A stretch of 64,000 nt of DNA from Promethearchaeota archaeon (lineage in GTDB: Archaea > Asgardarchaeota > Lokiarchaeia > Sigyniarchaeales > SOKP01): the NCBI GenBank assembly GCA_019058445.1, contig JAHPZA010000010.1, positions 288,001 to 352,000 of the forward strand. Reading direction: 5' to 3'. The first letter of the stretch is position 1. Each line of letters opens with the position of its first letter. The translations under genes and the position numbers were made by a program. This document shows, piece by piece, positions 58,682 through 64,000 of the stretch. The notes below the pieces were generated by a model. That model was not told where the DNA came from. It saw nothing but the letters and a program-made list of their open reading frames with translations, and searched no databases.

Positions 58682-59509
58682 ATGATTTTTGATCGATTAA
58701 TTAATAATTTCCAACAAACATATGCTATAGTCATTAAAAGTATTAAACTGAAATTAAGATTCAAGACGAAACTTTTTCTTAAATTAATTAGTCCCATTTG
58801 GTCTTTTGTTATGCCTTTAATAGTCTTAGGAAAAATATTTGAAATAACAAGTGGTAAATCTCTTGGGATATGGACTAGTGAAACATTATTATTTTTTATT
58901 CTGACAGGATTCTGTATTGGGCTTGCTGCTAGTTTAATCCACGAATATTATAAAATGTTGCGCGATGAAAAATACTGGAAAACACTCCCAGCAATTCTAC
59001 TCTCCCCATTTAATAGATATAACTTTTTAATGGCAGTTTTTATTGAAGAAATCATTTACTTCGCAGTTCCTATAATGATTGTATTTATAATTCTTCTATT
59101 TATTTATCCTACATCGATTATTTCTTTTTTGGTTGCTTTCTTAATTTTCTTTGCAGGATGTATCTTACTAGCTTCTTTAGGTTTAATCATAGGATCTTTC
59201 AGTCTTTCAGCAGAAAGTGCTATGACGTGGGTTGCCTTCTTAGTCCATTTTATACTAATGTTTAGTTGTTACAACTATCCACGAGAGATGTTTCCACCAG
59301 CTATAACTTTCTTTATTATAATTAATCCGTTTTACTACTATTGGGACTTGATGCGAATTGTATGGTTATTTGGTATCGAGTTTGTCTTATTCAATCCAGC
59401 TTATTTGGTTCACTTTATTATAATCATTGTCTTTTCTACTCTTTTCCCTATTATGAGTGTATATTTCTTTAACTATTTCTATAAAAAATATGGTATAGCG
59501 GGATATTAA
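58682..59509 (+). CDS. ABC-2 type permease (divergent paralog)
   Basis: EKYWKTL...SPFNR, YP..MFP...NPFYY, C-terminal YGIAGY. Confidence 0.85.
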   Translation: MIFDRLINNFQQTYAIVIKSIKLKLRFKTKLFLKLISPIWSFVMPLIVLGKIFEITSGKSLGIWTSETLLFFILTGFCIGLAASLIHEYYKMLRDEKYWKTLPAILLSPFNRYNFLMAVFIEEIIYFAVPIMIVFIILLFIYPTSIISFLVAFLIFFAGCILLASLGLIIGSFSLSAESAMTWVAFLVHFILMFSCYNYPREMFPPAITFFIIINPFYYYWDLMRIVWLFGIEFVLFNPAYLVHFIIIIVFSTLFPIMSVYFFNYFYKKYGIAGY

Positions 59510-60651
59510 TGATTCAAGTAGATTGTATATATTATGAAGGAGAAATTCCTTGTAAGTTTCATAAAAAATATCAAGTAGAATGTAATGAGTATTGCCAATA
59601 CTATAAAAAAATAGGAAAAAGAATTTTATTAATTAAGAAAGATGCACTCGGAGATGTTCTAAGAACAACTCCAATATTACATTCAATTAAAGAAAAATAT
59701 GGTGAGGATACTCATATCACTTGGTTGACGGCCCCGAATGCTGTATCTCTTTTAGAGAATAATATATTTATCCAAAAAGTGTACCAATTTGATTTTAAAT
59801 CAGTTTTACTGTTAGAAATTGAAGAATTTGATATTTTATTTAACTTAGATAAGGATAAACCCGCATTAGCATTAGCAAAAAAAGTGAAAGCAAAAGAAAA
59901 ATATGGTTTTACTTTAACTAAAATGGGAAATCTCACTACTTTTGATAAAAATGAGCAATATGCTCATAGATTGGGTATTTCTGATAAATTAAAAAAAAAG
60001 AACATTAAGTCTTATCAAGAAATAATTACCGATCTCTTAAAGTTGCCATACTCAAAAGAATATAAATATATTCTAAATATACCTCAAAAAGAAGAAATGA
60101 TTGAGTTTCTTTGTGAAAGGTATAATATAAATAGAAATTCTAAAATAATTGGGTATGTAACTGGAGCAGGTCCAAAATTTTTAACAAAAATATGGCCTAA
60201 AGATAATTTTATTGAACTTGGTTTGAGTTTAATAAAAAGTAAAAATTATACAGTCTTATTATTTGGAGCTGAGTCGGAAAGAGAGCTTAATCAAGAGATT
60301 TTCAACATATTTCAATCAAAATTAAATTCTTCATTAAAAACTAAAATAATTGATACTTGTTGTAATAATACTCTCTTAGAGTATGCAGCATTAATATCTT
60401 TATGTAATTTAATTATTACGGGCGATACCTTAGGACTTCATTTAGCGATTTCATTACAGATTCCCTCAATCTCTTTTTATGGACCAACTAGCGCTAGTGA
60501 AATTGATTTATATGAAACAGGTATTAAAATAATCGCTGATTCAGAATGTCTTTTATGTTATAAAAAAAACTGTGACAGAGAAGACTTTTGCTTATCAAGT
60601 ATCAAACCTGAAGAAGTATACAAAAAAATTTTGAAATTGCTTAAAGAATAG
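59509..60651 (+). CDS. GT9 (ADP-heptose heptosyltransferase-like) glycosyltransferase with Cys-rich termini
   Basis: ALGDVLRTTP, K.WP, ITGDTLGLHLA, FYGPT; TAATG overlap with the permease. Confidence 0.88.
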   Translation: MIQVDCIYYEGEIPCKFHKKYQVECNEYCQYYKKIGKRILLIKKDALGDVLRTTPILHSIKEKYGEDTHITWLTAPNAVSLLENNIFIQKVYQFDFKSVLLLEIEEFDILFNLDKDKPALALAKKVKAKEKYGFTLTKMGNLTTFDKNEQYAHRLGISDKLKKKNIKSYQEIITDLLKLPYSKEYKYILNIPQKEEMIEFLCERYNINRNSKIIGYVTGAGPKFLTKIWPKDNFIELGLSLIKSKNYTVLLFGAESERELNQEIFNIFQSKLNSSLKTKIIDTCCNNTLLEYAALISLCNLIITGDTLGLHLAISLQIPSISFYGPTSASEIDLYETGIKIIADSECLLCYKKNCDREDFCLSSIKPEEVYKKILKLLKE

Positions 60652-60666
60652 GACTATAAAAAGTAA

Positions 60667-61602
60667 CTAAAATGAGTAATCTTTCATATATTCAGTAAAT
60701 TCTTTCTTTTTCATATAATCTTCAATAAGGTCCAAATCATCTTTTGTCCAATTTTCCTCATATCTGCGTTTATGCGGTTTTGTATTTATTATTGCATCAC
60801 AAACTTCAAGGTAATCTAATGGGACCTCAACTCCTAAAAAAGAGCATATTTCCTTTAATATACTCTTAGGATTTTCAAGAAGAGACTCGTGTTTATAAAA
60901 ATATGTTTGATCTTTATCCAATTTATTTCTAATCAGATGGAAAACTTTAATATTACAAAAATATCTTTTTATTACAGAGTTCATGGATAATTTATGTTTC
61001 AATACACTATACATAGCTGAAATATTATCATACGGGTTTCGTAGAACACATATGATTTTTAGATTTTTTTTTAATATCTCTACTATTTTTAGGAATAATT
61101 TAGGTTCGAATCTTATAAATTGAATGTTTCCCTCTCCTTGTTTATCGCCAATTATTGTTAGCTTATCATAATTCCCAGCGAATTTATATGGGATATTATA
61201 GTTATATCCTGTTTGAAATCTACTTTTGCGTTCACTTAATTTTCGAGAATTCGATAATATCATACTATAAATGCGTTTATAATCAAAATTGAGATATTCG
61301 AAATAATGCAGAACATTTAACTCATGAGAAACAACAATATTTGGATGTGCATCTAAGATAGATCCAATCAGACTATGCCCACTTCTTGGATTACACATAA
61401 ATAAAAGGAAATATTTAATATCGTCAAATATAGTATTTTCATATTTCTTACCACCATCAGAGAAATCAAATAAGTATTTTAGCTTCGCTTTTAAACGGGG
61501 CTGAGAATCATTCCCCAACAGAAAGGAAATATACTTTTTTAAGGTACCCAAAAAATTGGTCTTTAATTCACTAACAATTCTTTTGCGATCTCTTATTAAC
61601 AT
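60667..61602 (-). CDS. Sulfotransferase family protein
   Basis: PRSGHSLIGSILDAHP, HE, IGDK, RNPYDNIS, HESLLENP. Confidence 0.82.
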   Translation of the reverse strand: MLIRDRKRIVSELKTNFLGTLKKYISFLLGNDSQPRLKAKLKYLFDFSDGGKKYENTIFDDIKYFLLFMCNPRSGHSLIGSILDAHPNIVVSHELNVLHYFEYLNFDYKRIYSMILSNSRKLSERKSRFQTGYNYNIPYKFAGNYDKLTIIGDKQGEGNIQFIRFEPKLFLKIVEILKKNLKIICVLRNPYDNISAMYSVLKHKLSMNSVIKRYFCNIKVFHLIRNKLDKDQTYFYKHESLLENPKSILKEICSFLGVEVPLDYLEVCDAIINTKPHKRRYEENWTKDDLDLIEDYMKKKEFTEYMKDYSF

Positions 61603-61696
61603 CCCACCAATGAATCTTTTTGATACTAGAAATTTAGTCTTTAAGTATTTTCTATCTAATATTATCTATCACCTCTATTTTAATGATACAACTGTT

Positions 61697-62491
61697 TTAA
61701 GGAGTCAATTGGTCCCTTACTCTCCTTATATGAAACATAATTTGTTCTTCTAAAAATTTATTTAAAATGGAAGCTAGTTTTGCTCTAATTTTGTAACTAG
61801 TAGAGATTTGTTTCCTATAGTCTTCTTTTATGATAATATTTTTACAATACCTTTCCCAGGGCGTTCCATATACTCTATTTTCAAGTTCGTCTTCTCTTTG
61901 ATAAATGAAATTACAATTTATCTTATTACTTAAAGCTACCATTGACATTAAACCAAAAAAGCCAATAAAATATTTCGAATTTTGAATAATACTAAAGGTA
62001 TCAAAAAGAGTAGTTTTATTAATCAAATTAATACAATTTTTTAAACCTTCAAACTTTTTAGATGTACCTATAAGAATTACCTTATATTTTGAGGTTTTAA
62101 TTATGTTTTCGATTACTTTAATAGGAATTTCTTTTTTCTGTTCTTCACGACCAGATTTCGGTTGAAGGACTATATAAGGAAAGTCAAAATGATAATTTGA
62201 ATTGAATTGGAAATTAGGGAAAAAATTCATTTCAATATCCTCAGGGTCTCCCGGACACCTTTTGGTAAAATGCATAAGAAATGGATATTTTTTATCACAT
62301 ATCCGATCTTTAGACCAACAAAATTTTATTTCGGATATATTTGGGATAAGTAAAAAAATTTCGCGAATTATACTATGCCATTCTGGATGACTAGTACTAT
62401 GAAGTAGTTTAATATTTTCTTTCACCGTACTAAATTTACAACAATAAATATAACTATCTCCTAATGTCCCGGTTGTATTTATTATTCTCAT
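61697..62491 (-). CDS. Divergent GT9-like (GT-B) glycosyltransferase
   Basis: GTLGDS, YIVLQP, VILIG, NLINKTTL...SKYFIG. Confidence 0.55.
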   Translation of the reverse strand: MRIINTTGTLGDSYIYCCKFSTVKENIKLLHSTSHPEWHSIIREIFLLIPNISEIKFCWSKDRICDKKYPFLMHFTKRCPGDPEDIEMNFFPNFQFNSNYHFDFPYIVLQPKSGREEQKKEIPIKVIENIIKTSKYKVILIGTSKKFEGLKNCINLINKTTLFDTFSIIQNSKYFIGFFGLMSMVALSNKINCNFIYQREDELENRVYGTPWERYCKNIIIKEDYRKQISTSYKIRAKLASILNKFLEEQIMFHIRRVRDQLTP

Positions 62492-63530
62492 AAATATTTC
62501 GTTTTTTGACTTTATTTAATAATCTTTTTAATCTCCTATTTCTATCTAAGAAAATTTTAATTTTAACAAAATATTTTTGCCATATTATAAAATCCTTAAT
62601 AGAAGTAAGAATTCTTTGTAAATTAATTTCGTTTTTTTCAGCAATTATTTGGTTTACTACTTTTAAATAAATTTTATAATTTGGTTTTTCTTTCATATAT
62701 ATTCTATAATCGGAAATCTTCTTTAAAGGACTGCTTTCAATTAAATCTGGATGTTTTTCATTATAATGGAATAAACCATGACCATTTTTTTCTATTGCAT
62801 CTTCTTTTGTAATCCAGAATCCAAAATTACCAGTTAGTTCCTGATTTTTCTGCATCCAAATTTCTTCATTCTGTGGATCATAATTATTATATATTTTCCT
62901 ATACCACATAAATTTATAAATAAAGTCATCTAACAACCAGAGAATTCCCTTTAATTGTTCTCCTGTCAACATACTATAATGAAACATAGGATTTTCATGG
63001 AGTAAGGTAATAATCTTCTTTGGTCTTGGATTTATTTTCTGTGTGGGAGTAAAATAAGGATTATCATCTGTTATTTTCAAAATTCTACCATGAGTAAAGA
63101 GAATATAATAATTTAAATTTATACAAAAAAATCTAGCTACCACTTTAATTTCATCAAAATCCTTATTACTTTCGATGTAATCCATAATCTCTTCAATAGA
63201 TTCTTTTGAATAGAATTCATCAACATCTAAAATCCATAAAAGATTTCCCTTTTTTATATTTTCGCTTGCTTTGAGCATATGATTAAAAGTTTCAGCTCGA
63301 TTTTGTTTTCTACTGAGGGCTGGATTTCTGACTATTGAAACAACTTTAATTTTTTTATGATTTAGATATTTTCTTGCAATATCATAAGTTTTATCTTCAA
63401 TTCTTTGAAAATATTTATCGTAAGCTCCAATAGCTATAATTAATTCATCTACTAAATCTAGCGCTTGTTTAATACTTATTTCAATCCAATCCTCGCAAGC
63501 CCACGCAGTTAATAAACCTATAATTTTCAT
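62454..63530 (-). CDS. GT2-family (GT-A) glycosyltransferase
   Basis: VDELII, DKT, WILDVDEF (DxD), MFHYS. Confidence 0.7.
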   Translation of the reverse strand: MKIIGLLTAWACEDWIEISIKQALDLVDELIIAIGAYDKYFQRIEDKTYDIARKYLNHKKIKVVSIVRNPALSRKQNRAETFNHMLKASENIKKGNLLWILDVDEFYSKESIEEIMDYIESNKDFDEIKVVARFFCINLNYYILFTHGRILKITDDNPYFTPTQKINPRPKKIITLLHENPMFHYSMLTGEQLKGILWLLDDFIYKFMWYRKIYNNYDPQNEEIWMQKNQELTGNFGFWITKEDAIEKNGHGLFHYNEKHPDLIESSPLKKISDYRIYMKEKPNYKIYLKVVNQIIAEKNEINLQRILTSIKDFIIWQKYFVKIKIFLDRNRRLKRLLNKVKKRNIYENNKYNRDIRR

Positions 63531-63788
63531 TCATTAAAGGAGTATTTTATTACTAAACATTAATTACAATATTATAAAAGAATTAAAACGCTCTTAAATA
63601 GATTTTTCTGAACGCTTAAAGATGATAATGGTTAAGAGACAGTCTTGTCAACGACATCTTCAGTTATGAGTAAATTCGGTTGTTTTCAATATTATTGTTC
63701 AATAATGGGATGGTTATGAATAGATATAGGATAATTTAGACCTGTTGCAATTTTTACAAAAAAAACATAAACTAAAATTTGAATAGAT

Positions 63789-64000
63789 TTATGCTAATTC
63801 TATAAAAACATCCTCTAACGTAGGTTCAATTTCGTGTATTTTATTAAATGGGTATTTTCCTAAGCATGTAAGTAATTTAGGGTAATATATGAAATCAGAA
63901 TCCTTCGAAAACGTGGGATTATTCAAAAAAACATCAAGTTTTTTTTTAAACTTAGATATTAAATTTATAACTTTTAAGGATTTAATCTGATTTATGATAA
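63789..64000 (-). CDS. 3' end of an ORF whose last ~32 aa resemble an ABC ATPase C-terminus (partial gene or remnant)
   Basis: Hand translation, open to the edge: ...YYPKLLTCLGKYPFNKIHEIEPTLEDVFIELA*, compared with NYPDLLHLLSTYPITKIQEVEPTLGDIFIELSKI of 56788..57711. Confidence 0.6.
   Translation of the reverse strand, partial: IINQIKSLKVINLISKFKKKLDVFLNNPTFSKDSDFIYYPKLLTCLGKYPFNKIHEIEPTLEDVFIELA

Noticed and set aside
221-62390. Many short (60-90 aa) ORFs in the track overlapping larger genes, e.g. 221..460, 1653..1907, 14295..14561, 40274..40507
   Set aside because: They are antisense or alternate-frame shadows of well-supported CDSs with no motifs.

Overview
This is a very AT-rich (roughly 25-30% GC by eye), gene-dense 64 kb window that is almost entirely a surface-glycan biosynthesis and decoration island. 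It is built from many short transcription units that often switch strand. Composition and gene style (lipid-phosphate-sugar GT2 plus a GT-C membrane protein, a flippase, no recognisable Wza/Wzz/Lpx genes) suggest an archaeon, plausibly Asgard/Lokiarchaeia, but that is inference only. Contents from left to right: (i) a DUF4956-like/VTC/CotH polyphosphate-kinase module; (ii) a carrier-protein acyl module (MaoC, Sfp-type PPTase, ACP, adenylating ligase, an iron-alcohol-dehydrogenase::LuxE fusion, LuxC) divergent from a PIG-L deacetylase + GNAT pair; (iii) about 16 glycosyltransferases (9 GT4, 2 GT2, 2 CgeB-like, 2 GT9-like, 1 GT-C-like), two epimerases, DegT + WbqC, three sulfotransferases, methyltransferases, NodB-type deacetylases and a flippase; (iv) a complete 2-aminoethylphosphonate pathway (pepM::NTP-transferase, ppd, PntC-like cytidylyltransferase, AEP transaminase) bracketed by TagF-like phosphotransferases and followed by a radical SAM/SPASM gene; (v) an ABC-2 exporter with two divergent permeases. 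Several unannotated pseudogene remnants lie in intergenic gaps. I found no rRNA, tRNA, CRISPR array or transposase. The best candidates for undescribed systems are the ACP/LuxCE/Fe-ADH acyl-reduction module coupled to deacetylation/re-acylation enzymes, and a teichoic-acid-like phosphonoglycan system.
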